64,000 nt of DNA from Eledone cirrhosa (taxonomy: Eukaryota), in the NCBI GenBank assembly GCA_964016885.1, contig CAXHJY010000600.1, positions 12,224 through 76,223 on the forward strand, written 5' to 3'. A model generated the notes under the pieces. The model did not search any database. It was not told the DNA's origin and saw only the letters and a program-made list of their open reading frames with translations. Positions 40,809 to 54,140 of this stretch are shown piece by piece. The stretch's first letter is position 1. Each line of letters opens with the position of its first letter. Made by a program: the position numbers and the translations under genes.

Positions 40809-42337
40809 CCTGGTTAATATGGTTAGAGGATGGTGGATTTGCAGAATTGGTAGAACTAGGGATAAAATATAGTGTTATTTCTTCTGACGCCTTTTCATAC
40901 TGAGTTCAAATCCCGCCGAAGTCAACTTTGCTCTTCATCCTTCCAGAGTCAATGAAATACCAGTCAAGTACTGAGGCTGATATTATCAACTTTGCCTTTC
41001 CTCGCTGGTCTTGTACTTAAATTAGAAATCAATATAGCTCTTAATATGAAGTTATGACGAGGTTTAATTGTTGTTTAAAGGAGCATGGCATAGTAGTTAG
41101 AGCATTGGCCTCAGAACTGTGACGCCGTGAGTTCGATTACTGGACTCGGTGGTGTATTGAGTCCTTGAACAAGATACTTTATTTCACTATACTCTAGTTC
41201 ACTCATCTGTAGAAATGAGTTGCGATGTCTCTGGTACCAAGCTGTATCGGTGACGTGGAGAGAAGAGACTGGTATGCATGGGCAACTTCTTGTCTTCCAC
41301 AAAAACACTTTACCTAAGCTGGTACCTCGGAGAGGACCTTTCTAGGTGCAAACCCCTGGTAATTCATGACCAAAGAGAGCATACGATTATTTGTTGTGTA
41401 TTTATTTATTGTAATACAGAGAAGTTTAGTTTCTAATATTGAATTGAGTTAGTGACTACGTAGCATTTGTTTCACTAGTTTGACTCCATCGTCGACAAAA
41501 TACGTCTGGGGAGTTTGCTGACTGTGATTGGTTGCAACGTTGAGTTGGTCAAGTGATTATATAAATTCCCCTATTGTATAACTATTTTTAGTTGCCATTT
41601 TAGCAAGCATTTCTAACTGAAAAAAAAAAAAACAACAGCGTACGTGAACAACTGCCAATCATAGTTATTTCACTTGACTTCACTTAAGACACGAATGTTT
41701 TGTTGTTGTTTTTTTTAAAGAAAAGCATCAATGCCATGCAATACAATTTTCATTTGGCCTTTTATAAATCTGTCCTGAGAGATAATCATAAGATATACCT
41801 CCCCACACATCTTCAAATTGTAAGATAGAAAAGATTTAGATAACAACATCACAAATACAAAACATAACACTAGCTTTGTTCTCCATATTGGGCTGTAACC
41901 CGCAAATTGTTTTAGATTAATCCTTGAAATATTCGAACTATAATCCCTAAATCTACACCATCTCATCATGTCTTACACTCTCTACCCTCTCTATCTATCT
42001 CTGTATGTATGTTTATATATATATATACACATCATCTGATGTCTTACTATTTGTCTCTGTATGTATGTATATATATGCGTTCTATCAGTATATATATATA
42101 TATACTGATAGAACGCATATGCTTCTAATGACATCAAAGCTGATTGTAATATTGTTGTCGAGATCCTGATCCTTTGGTTCTTAGATTTACATGTTCATTT
42201 TTAGGGATTAAAACTATAAATTTTGCATAGCTATGAAATACTTTCCTATGTAGCATTAATTAATTCGTTCACAAACTAATGGGTTTGTTACGTAAGTAAT
42301 ACTTTCCGCTGCCAAAAACTTCTAAATCTATACCATT

Positions 42338-42708
42338 GAGGTTGACTTTGCCTTTCATCTTTACGGGGTCGATAAAATAAAGTACCAGTAATGCACTGGG
42401 AAATTGCTGGCCTTGTGCCTAAAGTAGAAACAATTATTTGATTTATGATCTGAGTTCAAAATCCCGCCGAGGTTGACTTTGCCTTTCATCCTTACGGGGT
42501 CGATAAAATAAAGTACCAGTAATGCACTGGGATAATTGCTGGCCTTGTGCCCAAAGTAGAAACAATTATTTGATTTATGATCTGAGTTCAAAATCCCGCC
42601 GAGGTTGACTTTGCCTTTCATCCTTACGGGGTCGATAAAATAAAGTACCAGTAATGCACTGGGATAATTGCTGGCCTGGTGCCAAAAGTAGAAACAATTA
42701 TTTGATTT
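42338..42708 (+). repeat. Tandem triplication (~131 bp) of a family 1 SINE 3' part
   Basis: Three near-identical GAGGTTGACTTTGCC..GTAGAAACAATTATTTGATTT units. Confidence 0.93.
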
Positions 42709-43077
42709 GTTCTTGATATTGACAAATGTATAAACAGCACAATTCAGAACACCGATGAGGCCTTATTTGGTTAAACTAACGATGCAACACTTTTTAGGCA
42801 GACGCTCTCTATCAAAATTGTTACGAAGCAATACTAATAGACTTATATATAAAATTAGCGAACTTTTGTTTCCAGTTATTTTACCTATAAATTTGTACAA
42901 TAGATCCCATAACTTAGTTAAAAGTAACAAGAGGGTACCCCAATGAACAAGCTTTATTTCCAGATCAATTTGATCATAAACCCAGCATAGGACTAGTATC
43001 TTTATAAACTGAACATCATTTTTTAACACCGTGTCAACCTTTTCACACGTAAATGAATACATATAACCATACATACA

Positions 43078-43110
<33 letters not shown>

Positions 43111-43283
43111 CACCTTGATCACCTTGACCGACCAGTCTGTCGGGCGCCAAACGGCGCCGCTGGTCACAGCACGTCGTGCTGTTTTAGCCATAAGATAACG
43201 CCATCCCGCTGGCTGGGCGGGCAGGCCTCATATACATATAATTTCCACACACAACCCCATTGATGAGTCTTTAGAATATTAAG

Positions 43284-43483
43284 TCAAAATAGGGGAGTGC
43301 ACAGGTCAAAGACAATGGTAAAAACAACAGAAAAATGGACAGTCCCATCTCTCAGAGAAGCTCTGGAAATCGCTACAGTTCCGATACATTGTAGTGATTT
43401 TTAAAGGATGGCTGAGGAGTTGTGGCTGTCCATTTTTCTGTTGTTTTTTCCATTGTCTTTGACCTGTGCTCCCCCTATGTTGA
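43284..43483. mobile_element. 200-bp foldback MITE
   Basis: ~60-bp near-perfect inverted arms (ATAGGGGAGTGCACAGGTCAAAGACAATGG..) with an imperfectly paired centre. Confidence 0.75.
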
Positions 43484-43491
43484 ATATATAG

Positions 43492-43549
<58 letters not shown>

Positions 43550-43551
<2 letters not shown>

Positions 43552-43915
43552 TTCTTTATTAGCCACAAGGGCGCAACAAGAAAGGGGACAATACAAAGAC
43601 ATGCCGGGGATTTTACATACAGTCGTGTAAAAAATATAAAAACAAACAATTTCAACAATCGAAATCCCCAATAGGGGGGAGGCGCCACAAATGGGTTGTT
43701 TAATACCCCGTCGATAGAACAACCCTCAACTCAAGGAGCGTGTTGTGCAAGTGCTCCTTTCTTCCTTTTGCTCTCTTCCTCAACCTATAGGCTTATAAAC
43801 AGAGAAGGCCCAATCACTCGGGCCATTTTCGCTTCATTCACCCACCTTTCAGTAAATTTACTGGGGTGCAGTGCCTCTCTCTCCACCCTGATTCTACTTC
43901 TAAAGTGATACTTAA
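43550..43915 (-). mobile_element. Tx1-like 3' end flanked by (GATA)n on both sides
   Basis: FKYHFRSRIRVEREALHPSKFTERWVNEAKMARVIGPSLFISL*. Same family as the 29950 copy. Confidence 0.8.
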
Positions 43916-43965
<50 letters not shown>

Positions 43966-44248
43966 TCAGGTCCGGAATCTTTTCATATTACCCACTCTAT
44001 TACCCCAAGTTTCGAGTACTCTGGTGGGTTATGGTCCACCTGGTTTTTCACCACACCCTATCCGATATATATATATATATATATATATAAATAACAAATT
44101 TGATTTAGAAATGGCTTCTACAGGACTAGAACTGTTTCATTCAAAAGAAATCACCAGGAAAGCCATTTCTATATTAAACTTGATGTTACACTCTACTAAT
44201 GTATTGAGTACCTTATTAACTGTGTTTACTCCCGATTGAACCCGAGTA

Positions 44249-44281
<33 letters not shown>

Positions 44282-45017
44282 TATGTATATATAAAGTGCA
44301 TATATATATATATATGTGTGTATATGTGTGTGAGTGCCTCCACCCTTCCAACGTGTGTGTATGTGTGTACACACGTGTGCAAGACCTGACAAGATACGAA
44401 CTGCCAACCATTCGCTTAGCAGTCAAACAGCTATCATCTGCGGCTGTCTCTCAACATTGTGGTTAAACCATGCGAGAAAACCATGAACATCACAGCAAAG
44501 AACACATAACTTTGCCGCAACTAATTCGCTGCTTCGTTACTATGTAAAGAATTCGGCATCCTTTGTGTTGTTATTGTTTATTGCTGCTGTTTTTAGTGTT
44601 GATGGTGTTGTTATTGTTCTTGTCATATTTCTTCTTTTACTTCTTCTTCTTCTTCTTCTTCTTTTTCTTCTTCTCAATCCGTTTTCCCATTTTACCGTTT
44701 TTCTTTAATGTTCATATCGTTCTTTTATTCTTTATTTTCTTACTTTCCTTCTTTCTAGTTTCATTCCTCTCTCTCCCTCCCTTTCTTCCTTCTTTCCTTC
44801 TGTCCATCCTTTCTTTTTTTATCAGCTTCTTTATATTTATTAAGGTACAGGCTCACTCCCGTCCCTTCAGTAGTTGTTTCAATACACCCAGTGTTATTTT
44901 TGTTTCTGTTGTTTATTCCTTGTTCAATGGCATTCCGGCCGCGAACATCCCGTCTTTATTTATTTAGTCATTTACTACGGGGTACCATTGAGCTACGATA
45001 TCTAATGTGTCCTCTAG

Positions 45018-45103
45018 TTTATATTGAATGATTCTCCGTCGGTTTCAAAGATGACTGTTCCAGTTGTTCGATTAACGAAACAGCCTGTCAATGACACGAA
45101 CGT
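45018..45103 (+). CDS. Candidate host exon (possible start ATG at 45051: MTVPVVRLTKQPVNDTN)
   Basis: CCTCTAG acceptor, GTAAGT donor, open frame, non-repetitive sequence. No homology recognised. Confidence 0.3.
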
Positions 45104-45836
45104 GTAAGTGATTGAGCATTCCGTGTAGCCTTTCACGTGGTTCTCAACGAGTTTCCCCGTGTTAAAGTGGGTAACAAGACTGATCTTTTGAATTACAGGT
45201 AGGGTAGGGTCCAATTTTCGCCTGCCTAATTCCACCCACCCACCCATTAAGCATGGGAAGATTCAACACTATGGTAAATGACTCTTCACCAAGATTCTCC
45301 GTAGTGGAATTGAACCCGAAACCTAATGATTGATTGAGCAGGCCTATAATCAAAGACCGTGACCGTCGTATTATTTTCTTAATACATCGTCCGGCTTAAT
45401 ACTATCACTTGAGTTAGCCTTGGGAGCCTTAAACGGACATGGTCCACTATGTTGCAAGCATTTTAACAAGGTCCAGTTTCATAGGGTCATGTCGGGGTTT
45501 CGGCCCTTCATTCTTTAACTAAATAGTAAAAAAAAATAAAAAAAAAATATTAAGATACACATTCTACGTGTCTTTTACTAAGCAATGTAGGGTGTTTTAT
45601 TAGGGAAATTTGGCTGTTATTTCTAGCATGTTGAGCGACTGTGTAATGGCTCCTTCGCTGGCTCTACATGAGTAATGTTTGTTGTCTGGGTTAGGTATTC
45701 TTTCCTCCTTTCTTCGTACATTCTCTATTCCTTTCTATCTTGATTAACTTTCTTTCTCTTTTTTTCTTCTGTCTATCTGTTTCGTCCTATCTTTCTTCAC
45801 ACTCTCTATTAGCTTTTCTCTGCTCTTTCCTTTGTA

Positions 45837-45882
<46 letters not shown>

Positions 45883-46198
45883 GCTATTTTCTTTCTCCCT
45901 CTCGCCTCTTTTCTGTCTGTCTATATCGCCTTTTTTTCTCCCTCATCCCTATCCTAAATCCTTCCTACTCCCTTCCTTCCTTCCTTCCTTCCTTCCTTCC
46001 TTCCTTCCTTCCTTCCTTCCTTCCTTCCTTCCTTCCTTCCTTCCTTCGTTTGTTTCTTTCTTTCTCTCTCTCTATCTTCCTCCTGTCTTTTCAATAGACG
46101 TCTTCATCGTTCTTCTTACTTCGCTTCCCTCCGCCATCTATATCCACCACCGCATCCGTACGGGTTTGGCGGGTGGAAGAGAAGGGGCAAGACGGACG

Positions 46199-46231
<33 letters not shown>

Positions 46232-46465
46232 CGGGAAGGAGGTAAGGAAGGGAAGAAGGACGGGAGCAACGCTTGCCCGAGCGCGTGCAACACGCATGTT
46301 TACTTGTTTTGACGTCGCGAACACGCGACTACTAAGCTGTGGCCCCTCCACCAAGCCCCACCACACCAAACCCCCACCACACCAAACCCCCACCACAGCC
46401 ACCACTAATACACTCTCCACTCTCTTTCCTTCTCTCACTACCACCCCTGACACGCGCTCACAAAT

Positions 46466-46502
<37 letters not shown>

Positions 46503-46920
46503 CACAATCACCTATATGTGTTTGTACGTACGTACGTATGTATGTATCTATGTGTGTGTGTGTGTGTGTGTGCATGTGTGTATGCGTGTATTATATACAC
46601 AGAAACGCACACACGCACTCGCCTAATCACTCACACACAAGCTGTAATTTAAGTCTTCCATCAAAATAAACGGTCTCATCAAGTGTGAAAAGACCAGCCA
46701 GTCTCAAATTCCGCAGGCAGGCGCCGGAGTTGCTTAATCAGTATGGTTACTTCATCGATGGGAAGAGCTAGCGTCCCAGTTTCGATTCCCGCTTTGTGAA
46801 CTATTTTGTGTGTCTGTACATACATATATATGTAATATCAATATATTTTTTTCACGCGTCAAACACTATGAATGTATACATTTTTTTTGGAGCATACTGT
46901 ATATATATATATATATATAT

Positions 46921-47202
46921 ATAGTTATGTAATAAACAACATAAGGCAATCATTTCATTTACCAGTGGTTTCTTAAAAGCAAAAAAATGTTGCTTTCAAT
47001 CATCAGAATGAAAAAATCCTGGTGTATTTATTGGCGTTGGATTTTTAAAAAATTCTGATGATTGAAAGCAACATTTTTTTGCTTTTAAGAAACCACTGGT
47101 AAATGAAATAATTGCCTTATGTTGTTTATTACATAACTATTAAGCTCTGTTACCTACATAGAGCACTCTTTTTTTCCTGGACTTTTCCGACGGAATTACT
47201 TC

Positions 47203-47207
<5 letters not shown>
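46921..47207 (+). mobile_element. Family G palindromic element with a hammerhead-like core lacking helix II
   Basis: ~89-bp arms (46921-47009 and 47052-47140), CTGATGA-TT-GAAA, tail GCTCT..AGAGCAC, (TA)n flanks. Confidence 0.7.
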
Positions 47208-47268
<61 letters not shown>

Positions 47269-47390
47269 GGTTGGGTGCGCCAAAGAAATCTATACACACT
47301 TCAACAACGTTGAAGTGTGTATACATTTCTTTGGCGCACCAAATGTATATATATATATAAGAAGTGTATACATTTCTTATATATATATAC

Positions 47391-47433
<43 letters not shown>

Positions 47434-48008
47434 CAAGTAATCAATGTTAGATCAAGCAATCGACGGTCTGTGGTGTAATTAGACGTAACCACTCCACGAC
47501 GTTGGTACCTTAAGGTATTGCCTATATAGTATTAGACGGTGTGTGTATATACACACACGCACACACAACTAGATCCGAACTGTTCAGATCTAGCTGTCGA
47601 AACGGCTGAAGCTCAGCCGTCGATGATCTGACTCTTTTCCTATTACCCACTCTACTACCCTAAGTATCGAGTACTCTGATATATACACACAGATAAAACC
47701 ACCAATTAATGGTAGGGTCTAAACCGTATGAAGAACTCAATGTAATCCGTATGTAGATGTCGTGAAGCAAAGTTTAAAATACAAAATTTTCAACGATATA
47801 ATTCATTGGATAAAGAGTCAAAAATACAAATAGTAAAACAATGAAATTAAACAAAAAACGGTTAATTCATAGTACAACTCATTATTTTACGATCGTTTCT
47901 GGGGGGTAGTTCCCCGTATGTCCATTCTAATATTGATCTATGTAAAATATATTACAAAATATCATAGTAAGAAAATATACATACGTCTTCACTACCCGCC
48001 GTCTTCAC

Positions 48009-48039
48009 CTAAAGAAGGGCTTATGCCCGAAACGTCGTT
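48009..48039 (+). ncRNA. Minimal hammerhead with G5-to-A mutant core (family E)
   Basis: CTAAAGA-A-GGGC-TTAT-GCCC-GAAA-CGTCG-TT. The downstream 80-bp tail is repeated at 10402-10480. Confidence 0.6.
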
Positions 48040-48124
48040 CCCCACCACCACCCCACTCTCAAGAGCGTGAAACTAATAAACCTTTGTTCGTACTGCCTCT
48101 CTATTTTGTTCCCGTTCAATTTTT

Positions 48125-48486
<362 letters not shown>

Positions 48487-48549
48487 CCACTCCCACACAT
48501 AATTCTGTTCATGATATTGTCCTGACAGCAAACGCGAATTGTTCTGTAG

Positions 48550-48568
48550 TGTTTACAACTTAACAGAG
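48550..48568 (+). CDS. Candidate 19-nt microexon (VYNLTE)
   Basis: TTCTGTAG acceptor, GAG|GTGAGT donor, phase-compatible with 45018-45103. Confidence 0.25.
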
Positions 48569-48906
48569 GTGAGTGTATGTGAAAATATATTGAAACAAAC
48601 CGATTATATTGTGCTGCGGTCTATATACCAATACAATGCCGGTCTATATACCAATACAATGCCGGATTTTCAGGTGTCCCGCGCTAAGTGTGTTATACTA
48701 TATACTGAAAAAGTAGTATATGCTACAGGGATAAACGAATAAATTCTGTAATGTATTTGAACTGTGGTCTCCTTGATATTTTTTAGGGAGAATTAAAGAA
48801 AAAGTGATACACACACACACACACACGTGGCTGAATATATACATGCTTTTAGACACACCCACACACACATATGTATGTATATATATATATATATTTATAT
48901 ATATAA

Positions 48907-49040
48907 TCCAGAAAGAGCCGTCGAAACGGCTTGAGCTCTGCCGTCGGGGTCATACATTTTCCTATTACCCACTCTACTACCCTAAGTATTGAGTACTCTG
49001 GTGTGTTATAGTCCATCTGGTTCCTTACCACAACTCCTTC

Positions 49041-49042
<2 letters not shown>
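48907..49042 (+). mobile_element. Family B element (hammerhead right half plus tail)
   Basis: GCCGTC-GAAA-CGGC-TTGAGCTCT-GCCG-TC-GGGGT. Other copies lie at 6279-6388, 43965-44064 and 47569-47678. Confidence 0.8.
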
Positions 49043-49082
<40 letters not shown>

Positions 49083-49142
49083 TGTATATATATGTGTGTG
49101 TGTAAAAGGTAAACAGAAATAACAAAAGTAACAAAAACAAAT

Positions 49143-49225
<83 letters not shown>

Positions 49226-49586
49226 TTCAGTACCTGTATGTTGATGTGAGACCATGTGCTGAAACTGAAGGGTGTGAATTTGTTGACATAGATAAACACA
49301 CAAACGCACACAAAGCGTTCACTTTTCATAGATTTCGTGGTGTCAAAATTATTGTCACACGTTTTATGATCTGATCGTTAACAGTGGAATTGTGTATTTG
49401 ATCACACACCCATATATATATATATAATAGATTTTGAGTTTATGTTCGTTGTATACCAACACCTCAATATGCAGGCTGGAGCACTCGACGAAGTGCGTAG
49501 GTTGGTTTGGTTACTCCGGAGTAGTGTAAAATAAAGTTAAATAAAAGTCAAATGATTAAAATGATTAAAATTTAGCTTCGTTTATT

Positions 49587-49641
49587 ACTGCTATATATAT
49601 TTCAGTGACAGCCATCTTTGGCTGTGACCTCTTCAGGCAGT
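49587..49641 (-). ncRNA. Type I hammerhead ribozyme
   Basis: Minus strand ACTGC-CTGAAGA-GGTCACAGCCA-AAGA-TGGCTGTCACT-GAAA-TATATA-TA-GCAGT. Lies in an element at 49428-49818 with an inverted partial arm. Confidence 0.82.
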
Positions 49642-50189
49642 TTGAATTAGTATGGTATAGACAAGTACATATGTTATTTAGGTGTATGATATTGTCAATA
49701 CTCTGATATGCCCAGTTCCTTGTTGGGTTGTTAATTCACTGGGGAACTGGAGTCATATGAATTCAAACAAACGAAGCTAAATTTTAATCATTTGACTTTT
49801 ATTTAACTTTATTTTATATATATAATATATAGATATGTTTCTTTATTAGAAGTAATGTTTCTACTTTTGGCACAAACCCAGCAATTAACCAGTGCATTAC
49901 TGGTACTTTATTTTATCGAACCCGTAAGAGTAAAAGGCAAACCTATAACCTCGGCGGGATTTGAACTTAGAACGTAAATGGCCATAACTCTATGCTGCAA
50001 AGCATGGTGTCTGACGTTCTACCGATGGATAGATAGATAGATATCTTTCTTTATTTGCCACAGGTAGATAGATAGATAGATATGACTAGTGTCTGACTTT
50101 TTCCTGTTATATCAAGCGTAAACTAATTTATTTCTTCATCGTACTGTGTTGTTTGTTTTGTTGTTTCCGTTTACATTTTGCATGCAACA

Positions 50190-50221
<32 letters not shown>

Positions 50222-51012
50222 TATTTACTCACACATACTTTCTCTCCTCTTCCGTTTGCTGAACTGTCACCGATTTTGTTGTTTTGTAAATGTTCATACC
50301 TACATCTCTACATACATACACAACTAGTTAAGAAATTACAAGTACAATCCATTAATGGAACAGTAAAACTATGTAAAACATTCCAAAAATGTTGCATCTA
50401 ATAACTGCATATACACATGTACAGATGCAAAGCATATACACGTGCACACATACAACTCAAAACATACACATCCACACATACAATAACATCCATATCTACA
50501 CATGCATACATACATACATATCTACCTAGTTGATGTTGTGTAAATTCTAATAGAGAGTCTTGTGTCTATGTTAGAAACCAACTCTCTCTCTATTGGTAAA
50601 ACTTTGTAAAATTATAAAACATACATACATACATACATACATACCTACATACATGGTGGCTGCCAACTCGTTTTCGAGTACGGCCACTACTTTATATCCA
50701 TGTAGGAGAACCCCTACCGATGCGCTGAACAAGTGTGACTTTTTAGTCCAGCCAACGACTTGAAAACTCTGGTACAAACACTACACTTGTGACAATTATT
50801 GACACATGGTGCTGGACCCATGGTACCATGTGATGACAAGTGCAGAGAGATCTCCAGATATAAAGCAATGCCTGTGCCGTGAAGCTTTTATAGTGAGCAA
50901 AGGCACTGCACAAAGCCAGTCCCACTCTCTTGACCAAGATGATATTTACCAAAAAGAAGAACAAGTCAACATCATTGGATACCATACATACATACATACA
51001 TACATACATACA

Positions 51013-51045
<33 letters not shown>

Positions 51046-51138
51046 CATTTACCAAAAAGAAGAACAAGTCAACATCATTGGATACCATACATACATACAT
51101 ACATACATACATACATACATACATACATACATACATAC

Positions 51139-52116
51139 AAATATCATTAGAATAGCGACTGATCTGGAGGAGAGATATGGAATAAAGCCTGATATAAATC
51201 TCTCACCCAGAGAAATCGGAAGATCCTATTCAATGTTCAAACAAGAAAAAAAAATTGACCAATTTACAGAGAAAGTTGTGCATGGATACTTGAGGCGTAA
51301 AACACAGACCATAGAGGGGATAAACCACTCAAAAAGCCTGGCATGGAGTTCCGACAAGTTTATGACATCACACCTTGAGGGATATCTCTATGCAATACAG
51401 GAACAAGAACTCCCTACCAAATATCTGCTGCACAAAAGAGGAGGGCCAGCAGCTGACAATAAATGTAGGCTATGTAAAACAAAGATCGAGGATGTAAGCC
51501 ACATTGTTGCCAGCTGCGAAAGAATGTCATCTCGCTACTACCTCCCCATGAGACACGATGGGATAGCTAGAACTATCTGGAACGCACTTCGGAAAACAAA
51601 ATTAACAACAAACGAGGAAGAATATATTGAGACAGATGGCACTAAGGAATACTGGTGGAACCTGAAAATAAAAACTGCCACCAAATTAAAGCACAACCGG
51701 CCTAATATTGTAGTTTGGGACCACACATTGAAAACGTGTTCTGTTGTGGAGATCAGCTGCCCACTTGATGTAAACGTTGTCAGAAAAATACAGGAGAAGG
51801 AGGACATCTACGGACCATTGATGAGGAGCTTACAAATCCAGTATCCAAGATACACCTTTAGCTTCATACCCATCATTATTGGTGCTACGGGTTATATACC
51901 AACCCGCTTGGACCAAAGTATGACCGAACTTGGATTTGCGGACAAAAAGCGCAGCTCCCTAATTCATAGTCTACAAATGGCTGCGATAGCTGGCACCTTC
52001 AAAATATGCAAAACATTCTTGCGATTCAAGGGATGACAATTTCTTTTCTTTTACAACCTTGCCACCAGGAAGGTGGCCGGTCAAAAAAATATACTCGAAA
52101 TTAAGAGAAAGAGAAA
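51139..52116 (+). mobile_element. 5'-truncated R4/Dong-like element (CCHC finger plus RLE, ORF ends at 52036) inside (CATA)n
   Basis: AIQEQELPTK..KCRLCKTKIEDVSHIVASC..YLPMRHD..HNRPNIVVWD..VVEISCP..IPIIIGATG, with (ACAT)n on both sides. Confidence 0.9.
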
Positions 52117-52414
52117 ACATACATACATACATAACGAGGTGCAAATAAGATTAGGTTTAGTTTTTTAAATATTCTGTAATATTTAACACATTGTTTCTTG
52201 AATATTTCAAAAACCTTTTATAATTTTGGAACCAATTATTAAAGCTTCGTGAAAGGTTTATATTTGTCTACTATTGCAAAACATAACTTAATTCAATGTA
52301 TCTTTCAGTACAGTAACAAAGTTTTAAAATTATAGAGAAAAATAAGTTTTGTCGTATTTATTACGATATATATTTTGATAAAAATTCCCTCGTCTATCAC
52401 TTTACAACTTCTAC

Positions 52415-52560
52415 ACCATAGGCGCTGAGCTGTCTAGCCGCAGGTATGAACCTCGCGAGAAGGAATGGCCCTTCCAGCGCATCTCCCTTACCATCCTCCG
52501 AGGAAACACCTTTTCCATTCTGTCCGCCGGGGCCGGCACGTGGGACCCCATTTGCTCATA
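52415..52560 (+). mobile_element. CRE-like 3' fragment
   Basis: IGAELSSRRYEPREKEWPFQRISLTILRGNTFSILSAG. Confidence 0.7.
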
Positions 52561-52592
52561 TTACAGAAAGATGGGGAGGGCGAGAGAGATGG

Positions 52593-52722
52593 AGGCGATG
52601 ACAGTGGGAGTTCGGCTCCTCCGTGTTCGGACCTGGTGTGCAGCATCAGTTGTCCGTAGGCGATGACAGTGGGAGTTCGGCTCCTCCGTGTTCGGACTTG
52701 GTGTGCAGCGTCAGTTGTCCGT
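52593..52722. repeat. 65-bp GC-rich tandem duplication
   Basis: AGGCGATGACAGTGGGAGTTCGGCTCC..TCAGTTGTCCGT twice, with 2 mismatches. Confidence 0.9.
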
Positions 52723-53796
52723 AGGGAAGTATTGGTTTGTACTCAGCGAAGGTCTTTAGAACCTTGTGTTTGCGATTCCTGTATACATTATTAAGTTGGT
52801 GTTTGGAACATTAATTATTTGTACTACCTACAGAAAAGGCTGTCCCCTTCCCTTCACCTCGTCTATCTATTGTCACTACAACGGTCCATGGTCTTCGTGA
52901 GAACAAGTTAATAATAGCATATCACATTCGAAACCCTGTTTCGTCGTCCTCATACTATGTCTAAGCTCCGAATACCGTACTAACCTCTAGGATAAACCCT
53001 TCTTCCATTTTCGCCTCACGATCAAGCTGAACATAAGCAGTATTGATAGGTATGTGAACACGAGTATGTATGTGTGTATGTATGTATGTATGTATGTATG
53101 TACATCCACACATTTTAGAATACCCCAGTTTCCGAAGATCCCTAGAAAGGGTGAATGCAGAGTCTCTGTGCTAAAATTATAATTTGTTCAAATAATATAC
53201 ACACACACAAACACACACGTGGCCTAGTGGTAAAGGGTGTTGGACTTACGATCATAAAACACTTCATTTCATGTTGCTCCAGTATACTCAGCTGAAAATG
53301 AGTACCAGCAATTTGACCCTGCGATGGACTGGCGTCCTGTCCAGGGAGGGGGTGTCTTGTACTCTCAGTCGCTTCACGCTATGAAACCGGGATAAGCACC
53401 GGCAAAATGAGCCTTCTGGACTTTAGACTTATATATATAAACACACAAACACATGTAAGCACAGTTATCCACTGATCTTCCGGCACTAATGATTGATGTC
53501 CACGCGCCTAATTTTAACGAGACACATGAAACACTCCGCAACCCGTCAAACTATTTCACAATGGAGTGACAGTTTGTCTTCATAGTACGCTTCGAGAAAA
53601 TATACAACGGCTTGTAGTCAATATTTGACAGCCAAGATATTGTTAATTTAGCGACCGTAGTCTCGTAGGAATTTACCGAGAATTATTACTACTTGACTTC
53701 TGTTAGTCCGGCAAAAATGAACAATCCAGCGACTGACTGGATCCAAGAAAGCTGGAAACATGATTTGAATATGTATACATATGTGTATGTCTATGC

Positions 53797-53913
<117 letters not shown>

Positions 53914-53932
53914 TGGATAGATAGATAGATAT

Positions 53933-54140
53933 GTTTCTTTATTAGCCACATGGGGCACAAAAGAAGGGGACAAATACAAAGGGGGAAGTTTACATACAAT
54001 AAAAACAACGTGTAAAATACTATCACAAATGCAATTTAAAAATTAATCGATTTTCCCCAATAGGGGAGACATTACATATCCCCGAAAAAATGTGCAACCC
54101 TCATTTCCAGGAGTACGAAGAGTGAGTACCCCCTTTCTTC
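53933..54140 (-). mobile_element. Tx1-like 3' UTR fragment between (GATA)n tracts
   Basis: TTTCTTTATTAGCCACA..GGGGACAAATACAAAG, similar to the 31960 copy. Confidence 0.65.

Noticed and set aside
43256-43295. Hammerhead-like TTGATGAGTC..GTCAAAA
   Set aside because: No GAAA, no helix III, and the right side belongs to a foldback MITE.
50930-51138. N-terminal part of the 368-aa ORF
   Set aside because: It is made of (CATA)n and a duplicated repeat fragment. Real homology starts near 51139.
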